Source: an uncultured Planctomycetaceae bacterium (GTDB lineage: Bacteria; Planctomycetota; Planctomycetia; Planctomycetales; Planctomycetaceae). From it: a DNA stretch of 64,000 bases. The first letter of the stretch is position 1. Each line of letters opens with the position of its first letter. Shown here one piece after another: positions 54,378 through 64,000 of this stretch. The position numbers and the translations under genes were made by a program. The stretch is taken from the NCBI GenBank assembly GCA_963813715.1, contig CAWFAK010000009.1, forward strand, positions 288,001 through 352,000, given 5' to 3'. A model generated the notes under the pieces. It did not search any database. It was not told the DNA's origin and worked only from the letters and a program-made list of their open reading frames with translations.

Positions 54378-54678
54378 ACCGGCTCCTGCGTTTAAGTTAG
54401 GCCGCAAATCGGGCCGTGTCAATCGGCGGCCAATTCTCCTGGGACACGCAACTCCTTAATTCCTCTTAAGTTCCGGAAACAGGCCTAAAACATTTCTAGC
54501 ATCTCTTTCCAACATCTTGGCGGCGGCAACTCGTATAACAATTGAACGAAGCGACTGCATACAATTCGCCCACCAACGCGGTCGCAGCGAGTTTTTCGGT
54601 TTTACAGGCAGAGGTGCCTCCCCCAACCAAAAATGGGCCTGGGGTGCCTTCGACAATCAGCAAGCAGGAGGAACGTTC

Positions 54679-56190
54679 ATGAGATTGGTCCAGCGAAACG
54701 CAAAGTGGCTAGCCGTTTTAGCGTGCGGCGTGATGCTCGGCGGCGCCGCCATGGTTGTGGGAGAAGTCGGACACGGCAAACAGCACGCCGAAGCGACCGA
54801 CGTCCGCCAACTCTCCAAGGTCTTTCGCGAGGTCTCCAAGAAGGCCCGCCCGGCAATCGTCGAAATCCGCACCACGGGGAAGGCTCAGACCGTCGGGAAC
54901 CCGATGGGTGAGGGCGGCGAAGACAACCCCATGGGCGAACTCTTCAAGAATCAGCCGGAGTTGCGGCAGTTCTTCCGTCAGCGGCAGATGCAGCCCGTCG
55001 TGCCTCACGGCATGGGCTCGGGCTTCGTGATTGATCCGCGCGGAATCATCATGACCAATCGGCACGTCGTGAACGGCGCTTCCGAGGTCAAAGTCCGCTT
55101 TGCGGACGGCCGCGAGTATGACGCCACCGGGATCAAAACCGATCCCAAGACCGACATCGCCATCTTGCGGGTCACCCCCGCTGCGGGCGAGCACTTCGAG
55201 GCACTGCCGCTGGGTAACAGCGATCAGTCCGAAGTGGGCGACTGGGTGCTGGCGATCGGCAGCCCGTTTGGTCTCGACATGTCGGTGACCGCCGGGATTG
55301 TCAGCGCGAAGGGGCGCCACATCGATAAGACCGACCGCGAAGACTTCATCCAGACCGACGCGGCCATCAATCCGGGGAACAGCGGCGGACCGCTGTTGAA
55401 CCTGGACGGCGAAGTGATCGGCATCAACACAGCCATCTCCACCCGCAGCGGCGGGTACGACGGCGTCGGCTTCGCCGTGCCGATCAATATGGCCCACTGG
55501 GTGTCGGATCAGTTGATCACCAAGGGCGCGGTTCGTCGTGCCTACCTGGGCGTCGGCATTCAGCAGGTGAACCCGACGATTGCCGCGGTGCTCCACGTGA
55601 ACGTCGGTGAAGGCGCGATCGTGGGCGAGATCAAAAAGGGTTCGCCCGCCGAGAAGGCCGGACTGAAGACGCAGGACGTGGTTCTCGACTTCAACGGACA
55701 GAAGGTTGACGGCCCGAGCGATCTGGCCGGCGTGGTCGAGCGTCTGGACGTCGGCAAGACTTACCCGATGACCATCATCCGCGACGGCAAGCGGATGTCG
55801 ATCCCCGTGACCGTGCAGGAAATGCCGTCTCACTACTCGGTCTTCGAGAAAGAAGACGCCGAGCAGGGGAACACGGAGAACAACGCCAATCCCGAGACGA
55901 TGTCGTTCGACGACATGGGCCTCGAAGTCCGCGAGCTGACGCCGCAACTGGCGACCCAACTCGGACTGAAGGACGTCAAGGGCGTTGTGGTCGGCACGGT
56001 GAAGCCGGGCAGCCCGGCGGCCGAAGCCGGCCTGAGCGAGGGCATGGTGATCGAGACCGTCAACAAGAAGCCGGTGACCAGCCCGGAACAGTTCAAGGAA
56101 GCCTTGCAGCACACGTCGCTGAAGAACGGACTGATCTTCCAGGTCCGGACGTCTCGCGGCACGACCCTGCTGGGCATCCGCAAAGGCTAA
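54679..56190 (+). CDS. degP: Do/DegP family serine endopeptidase with two PDZ domains
   Basis: AGGAGG RBS; GSGFVI, TNRHVV, TDIAIL, QTDAAINPGNSGG; two PDZ domains. Confidence 0.95.
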   Translation: MRLVQRNAKWLAVLACGVMLGGAAMVVGEVGHGKQHAEATDVRQLSKVFREVSKKARPAIVEIRTTGKAQTVGNPMGEGGEDNPMGELFKNQPELRQFFRQRQMQPVVPHGMGSGFVIDPRGIIMTNRHVVNGASEVKVRFADGREYDATGIKTDPKTDIAILRVTPAAGEHFEALPLGNSDQSEVGDWVLAIGSPFGLDMSVTAGIVSAKGRHIDKTDREDFIQTDAAINPGNSGGPLLNLDGEVIGINTAISTRSGGYDGVGFAVPINMAHWVSDQLITKGAVRRAYLGVGIQQVNPTIAAVLHVNVGEGAIVGEIKKGSPAEKAGLKTQDVVLDFNGQKVDGPSDLAGVVERLDVGKTYPMTIIRDGKRMSIPVTVQEMPSHYSVFEKEDAEQGNTENNANPETMSFDDMGLEVRELTPQLATQLGLKDVKGVVVGTVKPGSPAAEAGLSEGMVIETVNKKPVTSPEQFKEALQHTSLKNGLIFQVRTSRGTTLLGIRKG

Positions 56191-56230
56191 GCCCCTTTGC
56201 TGTGAGCGAGTTTGCTTGTTGATTTGACGA

Positions 56231-56268
56231 AGGCCGGGACCATCGCTTGCGGTGGTCCTGGCTTTTTT
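56231..56268 (+). terminator. Rho-independent terminator
   Basis: AGGCCGGGACCATCGC/GCGGTGGTCCTGGCTT stem plus T-run. Confidence 0.8.
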
Positions 56269-56280
56269 GTTGCTGCGGGG

Positions 56281-56377
56281 TGGCACTGGCGGCTTGTCCG
56301 CCAGTGATATTTTCCCGTGAGTCGCAAGTGGACGCCGGAGTCGTGAGAGGACACTGGCGGACAAGCCGCCAGTGCCA
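56281..56377. repeat. REP-like inverted doublet (second family)
   Basis: TGGCACTGGCGGCTTGTCCGCCAGTG and its exact reverse complement CACTGGCGGACAAGCCGCCAGTGCCA. Confidence 0.85.
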
Positions 56378-56404
56378 GCCAATCACGAACCTGTTGTCGC
56401 TGGA

Positions 56405-57352
56405 CTAGCTTGGCACCAGCGCTTCGATATGCGCCTGCACCGACTCGGGGAGCACGTCGAGGTTGTAGCCTCCCTCGAGCAGGCTCACGATCTTGCCGCC
56501 GCAGTATTGGTCGGCGCAGGCGGCGACCATCTCCGTGAGCGCGACAAAGTCCTCGTTTTCCAATCCCAGCGAGCCGACCGGATCAGCCCGATGCGCGTCG
56601 AATCCGGCGCTGATCAGAATCAATTCGGGCTGCGCGCGCTGGGCGGCGCGCTCGAGCGCCGTCGCGAAGCGTTCGAGAAACTCGCGCCGCGGAATGCCAA
56701 ACCGCAGCGGCAGGTTGGAGATGGCCCCCAACCCGGGACCGGTTCCTGTTTCGTTCGCGTCCCCCGTGCCGGGATAAAACGGAAAGCGGTGCGACGAGAA
56801 GAAGTGGACGCGACCATCGGAGTAAAAGGCGTCCTGCGTGCCGTTGCCGTGATGCACGTCCCAATCGACGATCAACACGCGGGACAGGCCCAGCTTGTCC
56901 ACGGCGTGCCGCGCGGCCACGGCCACATTGTTGAAAAGACAAAAGCCCATCGGCGCGTCGTAAAGCGACATGGTGACCCGGCGGACGAACCAGGCACAAG
57001 GCTCGGCGAGCACGCCGCGCGATGACTTCCTCCGTCGCAGCGACCGCGGCCCCGGCGGCCCGCACGGCGGCATCGTACGAATCGGTGCTCATCACCGTGT
57101 CGGCTTCGACCTGTCCTCCCCCGCGCGGGCCCACACTTCGACCTGGCGGATGTAGCCGGCCTCATGGGCCCGGCCCAATTCCTCGAGCGTCGCCGGACGG
57201 ACGGTCCCGAAGTCGAACCGCTCGTCGAGGTGCGTCGTCGCCAGATGTGCATAAAGTCGCCGCAGCCGCTCAGGGCACTCGGGGTGCCGACCGGTCTCGT
57301 GGCGGAGGAACCAGGGGTCACTATAAAGGAGGGCCGAAACGGGACCGGGCAT
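56405..57352 (-). CDS. Histone deacetylase family (Zn-dependent amidohydrolase; several frameshifts 56965-57125)
   Basis: [44 protein letters not shown]. Confidence 0.93.
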
Positions 57353-57593
57353 GATCAGTCAGACTCCCGTCTCCAAACTCGCGCGGTTGCAATTGGGTAT
57401 CTGGGAAAATCGGCCGTCGCGGAACCAATCCGCGGCGCCATGAGTCTCTATTGTGGAGAAAACCCGGGACGAGGCCTACGGTCTGGGCCCGTCGGAGTCG
57501 ATTCCCCGGCCGGTCTGAGTAGTTTCCCGGAGGCGCGACCGTCAACCGTGCCCCTCCTGACGTAGAAACGGTCGGGCCTGTCGTTAAACGTCC

Positions 57594-57621
57594 TTGACAG
57601 TCGCGAAAACGGGGTGATAAC
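57594..57621 (+). promoter_or_regulatory. Putative sigma70 promoter
   Basis: TTGACA-N16-GATAAC upstream of the 57910-64000 gene run. Confidence 0.45.
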
Positions 57622-57909
57622 GTAAAGAAGGGAAGGCCGAATTCTCGGCGATGGTGCACATTTGATTCGTGGTTGCTACGGGCCAACGACCACTAGGATG
57701 TTCCTCCAAAATGCTCGACTTCCCCGGCGGGCGCAGCTCTCACCGACTCGTATCCATAATCATCGCATCATCTTGAGTGGCTCAGCATCTTGAGTGGCTC
57801 TTCATCACCCTGAGCGGCCGCGGCGCCTCGCGAACCCTGGGTCCACGACCCCGAGGCGGCCCGATCTCTCTTTGCCCGCGAGTGGAACGCAGAGTGAAGG
57901 ATTCTCTCG

Positions 57910-59535
57910 GTGCACCGATCGACAGCCTGCCGGCTTGAATCGACAACGAGATCATTGACCGGAGCGTCCGCCGCCTGCCGGCGCACGCCCGCTCGGCCCG
58001 CTTTCCGCGAGATGCTGTTCGGCGCCACCTTGTGGTCGCCCGCATCCTTGGTCCTGGCCGCGGCCCTCGTGCTCTTCAGCTTCGGCCCGTCGGCCCGCTC
58101 GCAGGACGCTCCCCCCAAGGAAACGGACAAAAAAGCGGATCCCGGGAAAGGCGACTTCGCCCCCCCCGATGACGATTCCAAGAACGACGCCAAGTCCGAC
58201 GACAAATCAGGCGACGACAAGGCAAAGTCGAAGGATAAGGACGACGACGAATCCAAGTCGACGAGCGACGATCGCTCGGCCTTGCCCCGCGGCATGTCGG
58301 TTCCTCCGCCGCGCCCGCCGGAGTTCACGCTCAACGACCCCAAGAACGACCGACGAAGAATGGAAGAGCTGGAGCAAAGGGAAGGCCCGCGGCGATTTCA
58401 CCAGTCGCGTTCAAGCCGGAGGCCGCGATGGCGCCTCGGACAAGGTCGTGCAGGACGGCATCCGGCAGCAACTCGCCGCGATGACGCTGCCCGCCATGCG
58501 GGATCCCAAGGCTGACCGTTTCCAAATCTCCGACATCGTGCAGGGACTGCTCCGCTCTGTCCACACGGCCGCCAACAAGCTGCCGGCCGGCGACCAGCGG
58601 CAATACCGCACCTTCATGATGCAGGAGATCATTAAGGACTGTCGCGAGCTGCAACTGGGCAGCAATCAGTACTATGTGCGTCTCAACGCGGCCGTGTTGC
58701 TCTCCAACCTCTTCATCGAGGAGTTCAACAGGTCCGCGAAGACGGACCCGGAGTTTTACACGCCGGCGTTCGACGCTCTGATGGAAATCCTCGACAAAGA
58801 GGGGCAGAGCGAAGCGGTGAAGCTGACCGCCATCGCCGGACTGCGGAACTGTTGCCTCTACGGCAGTCCGCCGCTCGCCATCGCTGATAACGTCAAGCTG
58901 GCCCGCAAGCTGATCTCCGAGCTCGACAAGCCCAGCTCGAACGAGTGGTACCAGGAGCGGCTGTGCGACGCCCTCTCCTGTGTCGACCAGGTGCACGACC
59001 TCAACGGCCAGCCGTTCATCGTGCAAGCACTGAGCAAGGCGCTGTTCGATCCGGCCCGTCCCCTGTGTGCCCGGGCGGCGGCCGCCCGCGCTCTGGGCCG
59101 CGCGCCCTCGATCCGTCGATCGATCTCAACGTGATCGCTTACGGCATTGCCGACCTCAGCCGGCAGATGGTCGAAGCCCGCAACGACGGGAAGAAGCACG
59201 TCCGCCGCTGGTGTGTCGCCTATATCTTCCTGGCCTTCCAGCCGAAGGACTCGGGCGAGAAGTCGCGGCGGGCCGGCCTGCTCGACCGCGTCGACGAGCC
59301 GAGCTTCTCACGTTATAAAAAGTCGGTGGTCGGAGCCTGGAACATCATCAAGCCGATGATCGTGGAAGAGCTCAAGCACCGCGCCGAGCCCGACATCGAG
59401 TTCCCCCAGGAAGTGCTGACACCGATCGTCGAATGGCTGAAGACCAACACGCCGGCCGTTCTGCAAATCTCGCCCAACATGCCGCCGGTGACCACCACCC
59501 AGGTCACTAAAGTCGACTCGACAGGCAGCAAGTAA
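57910..59535 (+). CDS. Secreted alpha-helical (HEAT-like) hypothetical protein (frameshifts near 58360 and 59108); start uncertain
   Basis: Signal peptide (ARS-QD), D/K-rich linker, YYVRLNAAVLL, ARAAAARALGR. Confidence 0.65.
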
Positions 59536-59575
59536 CGCCTGCCGGCGAAGCGCCCGAACAGGGCACAAGCGTCCC

Positions 59576-59628
59576 TTCGGGCTTAGGTCATTCGGACATT
59601 CTTTCGTCATTCGTGCTTCGTGCTTTTC
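59576..59628. repeat. Heptamer-based dispersed repeat, copy 3 (half element)
   Basis: TTCGGGCTTAGGTCATTCGGACATTCTTTCGTCATTCGTGCTTCGTGC. Confidence 0.85.
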
Positions 59629-59829
59629 GGTTGAGTGACCCGGCTCTTGCGCTCGGAAGTGCGGTCCGGATTGCTCTTTGCCCAGATCACGCGGATTGTT
59701 AGGATTCGCGTCCTCTCGCGCTATCCTCTCCGTCTTTCCAGACTTTCTCGTCAGTCTGCCTCGCGACCTCGCCTCGCCATTCGTCCGTTCTTCCTGTTCC
59801 CAATTCGACATCCCAAATTCGACTCCGTC

Positions 59830-62800
59830 ATGCCTTCCCTCCGCCACGCGGCCGGGCTGTTGCTTGCCTGCGCTGGGTTGCTGGGTTCGTTCGTCGGTTG
59901 CACCGCGCTGCGATTGACGAGCACGCCCAATAACCTGACGCTCGTCGCGACAGCGCCGCCTGCCAAAAGCTCCGGACTGCTCGAGGCAATTCACGCTTCG
60001 CTTACGTCCGAGTCGTGGCGCTTCAATCGCAACTGGACGCCCGCCGCCGAATGGGAGAACCGCAAGCGGCCCTTCCCCGCTCCCAACACGCTGCGCTGGT
60101 CGTTTGGCAAAAGCACGGAGCCAGTCGCCGAGAAGGACACTCGCGAAAACCTCCGCACCAACAAATCGGCTGACGCCAAGAAGAGCGCGAAGAACGCCAA
60201 GAACATTCCTCCTAAGAACTCGGAGCCGGCCGCCAAGAACCGACTCGGCCGGCAACTGGGATCCTTCGAAAGAGGAGGGCGGCACGACGAGCGACGTGAA
60301 AGCCGCCGACAAGAACAGGCAGCGACGATTCGATCGCCTGGGACGGTTTCTGGCCGTTGACCGTGTCGGATCTCGTGCATCGCAACGAGCGCGGCGAAGG
60401 TCGCTCCACCGAAGCAGCAGCCGCCACCGTCGACGACGGCATGCGCTGCCTGCATCAGTTGGCCCGCGTCGACAATCTGTCCGGGTGGAACGCGGCCATC
60501 CTGTGGGCTCAGCACGATCCGCAGTCGGCCGTCGAAATCGCCGACGTGCTCGAGCGGCTGATCGTTAACCCGCCCGCCTACGTGCTGGAGACGGGCGAAC
60601 GCGACTCGGGCGAGGCCACACCGCCCACAACGGACAAACAGGCTGCCGACGCGAATCACAAGCCCGGGCCGATCCAGCCGCCTCCCGTGGCCAAAAAACC
60701 CGCGCGAAAAATCGCGCCCGCCACGCAGGCCGCCGCGGCCGAGGCATGGTGCCTGGTGTTGGCCGCCAGCGCCGCCGAGCCGGTCGACGGGCTCGCGCCG
60801 GCCGGCCGCCTGCTCGAACGGGCCAACTTGCTCAACGCGGTGCGCGAAGAGCTGTTTTGCGGCGTGGCCGCCTGGGTGCCGCCCGCCCGCATCCCGCGTC
60901 TGGAAAATGCGCTCCGCCAGGGAGAGAAAAAGTCCCGCGCACCGATTGAGATCCGCCAGGCGGCCATCGATGCCTGCCTGATCTATGCAATCAACCAGAA
61001 GCAACCGCACGCCCGTGTTCCGGCCGTCGCCGCGAAGGCCGCCAAGCCGTCGTCCGATTGGCCGGCGACGGTGATGAGCTGCCGCATCGATCCCGATTTC
61101 CAAGTCCGCCGCGCGTTCATCGAATGGCTCGGCCGGGCCGCCCCCGAAGGGGCCTTTGAACTGTTGAAGAGGCAGGCCGAATCGGCCGAAGCGGGATTGC
61201 GACAAGCCGCGCTCGAATCGCTCGGCCGGCTGCACACCGACGCGGCTCACGCCGAGATCAAGGCCCAAGCCGATCGCACCCGCGACGGATTGCGGCCGCC
61301 TCGGTCCGAGCGCTCGCCGGGTGGGGAATCGAAGAGATCTCCGGTTACGCCCACGACCGCTCGCAAATCGTGCGGGTGACCGTCGCTCACGAGCTGGCCC
61401 GAGCGCAGACGATCGATTCGGCCGTGCTGCTCATGTCCCTCGTCGTCGACACCAGCGTGGAAGTGCAGGTCGCATCGGTGGACGCCGTCAAAGGCTGGCC
61501 GAACGATCTCGCCTTTCCGCTCCTCTTGCACGCCATGCGCGACAGCTCGGCCAAGACGCGGTTGGCGGCCTTCACACAGCTTTCGCAGCGGCGCAAGCTC
61601 GACGTCGATTATCGCTTCGACGGCCCGCCCGACCAGCGGCAAGCAGCCGTCAACGCGGTCGCCGCCGCCGTCGGCTCGTCGCTCAGCTATCTCGATCAAA
61701 TGCTGCGACGCGAGCCGCACGCCGTCTCGCAAGCCAGCGCACTGCGGGCGGCTGAAATTCGCGAGCACCTGGCCTCGCTCATCGAGAAACAGCTCCGAGT
61801 CGCCGGCGGCCAACGCGGCCCGCGAGTGGCTGGCCGGCATCGGCCCGAAGGATCTGCAGCGTCGTCGAAGCCTTCCTCAAGGATCCGACGAAAGCCTCGC
61901 CTGAGCCGATTTATCGCGACGTCCTGCCACGCATCAGCCCGATCTACGCGGCCCTCGTCGATCTGGAGAGCAGCGACCTCGACATCCGCCGCCGAGGCGC
62001 CCGCACGCTCGTCCGATCGTGGCCAGGCCGCCTCGCTCAGCCACCCGGTGCTCGCGCGGCTGCAGGAGCGGCTCTATCGCGAATCGGACGACCTCATCTG
62101 GCGGTGGGCGATGCTGGCCATCGCCTCCGACTCGACCGACGAATGCGCGCAGATCGCCAACCTGGCCCTGCATCATCAATCGGCCGAGGTGCGGCAGCTG
62201 GGCTGCGAATACCTGGGCCGCCACGGGCAGCCGGCCTACGCGGTCTGGCTGCTCGACTCTTGGACGATCGCGATCGTAGCGTGAAGCTGGCCGCCATCCG
62301 GGCGCTGGGCAACTGCGGCAACCTGGTCGCAGTCCGCGGCATTACGCCCGACAAGGCGCACCAATCGTCCCCCAATCTGCGGTCGCTGCTTAGCCAGCTC
62401 CGATGCGGGCGTGCGGTTTGCGGCCGCGGTCAGCCTGTGCCGACTGGGAACGCCCGGAGGGCATGCAGGAGCTGACCCGCCTGAGTTATCATCCCAATCC
62501 CGACACGCGGGAGCAGGCGGTGAAGGAGATGGGGCTGCTCGGGCCAGACGCGATTTGTCTCGCACCTGGTGACCCTGGGCTGGACCGAGCGGAACGCGCA
62601 GGTCCGCCAGGCCATCCTCGACAGCCTCGATCGACTCGTGCCGGAAGAGAATCGACCCGCGGGCACTTGGCGAGACACCGGCTCCGGATGCTAAGATCAA
62701 ATGCTGGGTGGAGTGGTTGCAGCAGCGAACGGCGAAGCGGCCACGCCGGCGATGCCGGAACGGCCGATCCCAAAGCGGCTCCGCTGGCAAAAGGCCCCGC

Positions 62801-62836
62801 CCGGGCGGTCCGGTCGTTTCGCGACCGGATGGCTAG
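59830..62836 (+). CDS. Large HEAT-repeat putative lipoprotein (many frameshifts)
   Basis: Lipobox-like FVG-C; HEAT units (LRQAALESLG, VKLAAIRALG, TREQAVKEMG) in successive frames. Confidence 0.7.
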
Positions 62837-62950
62837 GCGGACGAGATTGAACCGAACGAGGTTGATTCGTCGCGGCAGCGCATCAGTCTTACGGGCGGAC
62901 TCGCGGTCGTCGTCACGTTTTGTATTCGGATCGTCAATCGAAAGGTCTCC

Positions 62951-63317
62951 ATGTCCAAAGCCAAGGACGATTTCAAGCTCGAGTGGCACGGGAACGCGGT
63001 GGTGATCACTCCGGCCGCCAACGTCGAATCGATGCGCTGGGACCTGATCGAGCAGGCGGCCGACATCGTGATGTCCCCGATGCGCAACCAGGACATCCCG
63101 ATGGTGGTCTTCGACTTGAGCGACGTGGCCTATTTCGGCTCGGTCTTTCTGGCGCTGCTGCTGCGGTGCCACAAGTTCGTCAAGAGCCGCGGCGGGGAGC
63201 TGGTGCTGTGCGGAGCCAGCGAACTCGCGCAAGGAACTGCTGCGCGTGACGTCGCTCGACACGCTCTGGGCGATTTACGACACGCGCGAGGAGGCGCTCG
63301 ACGCGGTCGCCACGTAG
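62951..63317 (+). CDS. STAS-domain anti-sigma factor antagonist (frameshift near 63230)
   Basis: [20 protein letters not shown], shifted-frame [21 protein letters not shown]. Confidence 0.88.
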
Positions 63318-63393
63318 CCGGTAGCGGTCCGCCCCAGGCGAGTGCCGGCTCCGATGGTCATTTCCGCAGTGAGGAAGGGAAGCCTCGGACCCC

Positions 63394-64000
63394 ATGATTG
63401 ACAAATCGCCTCTCGATGCCGCTTCGGTCCCCGCCTCCGCCGGCGATGGACCGGCCACGCCGCCGTCCGTTCCGGGCACGCCCTCCCCGGTCCGCGAGCC
63501 GCACTCGACCCTGGTCGACGAGATCAAGGCGACGGCCGACAAGCTGGCGGCCGACGGCGCGACGCGCGGCGACCTCAAGATCCTCTCCCGCGTCCTCCGC
63601 GAGCTGCGCTACGCGTTCAAGGTCTTCACGCCCTACCGGCGGCAATTCAAGGTGACCGTCTTCGGCTCGGCCCGCACGGCCCGCGAAAATCCGGCCTACC
63701 TGCAGTCGGTCGAGTTCGGCCGGCGGATGGCGGACGCCAGCTGGATGGTCGTCACCGGGGCCGGCGGCGGCATCATGGAGGGAGCCCACGTCGGCGCCGG
63801 CAAAGAAATGTCGATGGGCGTCAACATCATGCTCCCCTTCGAGCAGGAATCGAACGCCGTCATCTCGCAGGACCAGAAGCTCGTCCACCTCAAATACTTC
63901 TTCACGCGGAAGCTGCTGTTCGTCAAAGAGGTGCACGCCGTCGCCCTGTTTCCCGGCGGCTTCGGCACGCAGGACGAAGGCTTCGAGACGCTGACGCTCG
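63394..64000 (+). CDS. LOG family (TIGR00730-type) nucleotide-processing protein, 5' part
   Basis: Hand translation: [37 protein letters not shown]. Confidence 0.9.
   Translation, partial: MIDKSPLDAASVPASAGDGPATPPSVPGTPSPVREPHSTLVDEIKATADKLAADGATRGDLKILSRVLRELRYAFKVFTPYRRQFKVTVFGSARTARENPAYLQSVEFGRRMADASWMVVTGAGGGIMEGAHVGAGKEMSMGVNIMLPFEQESNAVISQDQKLVHLKYFFTRKLLFVKEVHAVALFPGGFGTQDEGFETLTL

Overview
High-GC bacterial DNA, most likely a Planctomycete (Planctomycetaceae-like gene content: PQQ beta-propeller, HEAT-repeat lipoproteins, YTV-type Cys-rich protein, DUF1570-like peptidase, heptamer/REP-like dispersed repeats). It is mostly core and envelope genes: PPi-PFK, tRNA(CAT), mtaB-tmk, the phoH-HDIG-ybeY-CNNM cluster, glgB, comDE-like pair, der, alpha-2-macroglobulin, rnc, degP, HDAC, STAS and LOG. 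There is also a heavy-metal RND efflux module with a putative sigma54 promoter and its own NtrC-type activator. About 20 conserved genes are broken by single-base indels, which most plausibly reflects long-read consensus errors rather than pseudogenisation. The most unusual items are (1) a 23-aa Lys/Ala microprotein, absent from the ORF track, with its own promoter, about 230-nt structured leader, RBS and terminator; (2) a secreted protein with about 76 Cys whose sequence is mirror-organised around a central turn, suggesting a giant disulfide-stitched beta-hairpin fibre; (3) a secretin-N-like protein carrying a metallothionein-like cassette; (4) an alpha-2-macroglobulin with a rewritten thioester motif, bracketed by REP doublets; (5) a receiver domain fused in frame to an RND adaptor. 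No CRISPR array, integrase, transposase or rRNA was seen. All family calls are from motif recognition by eye; no database searches were run.
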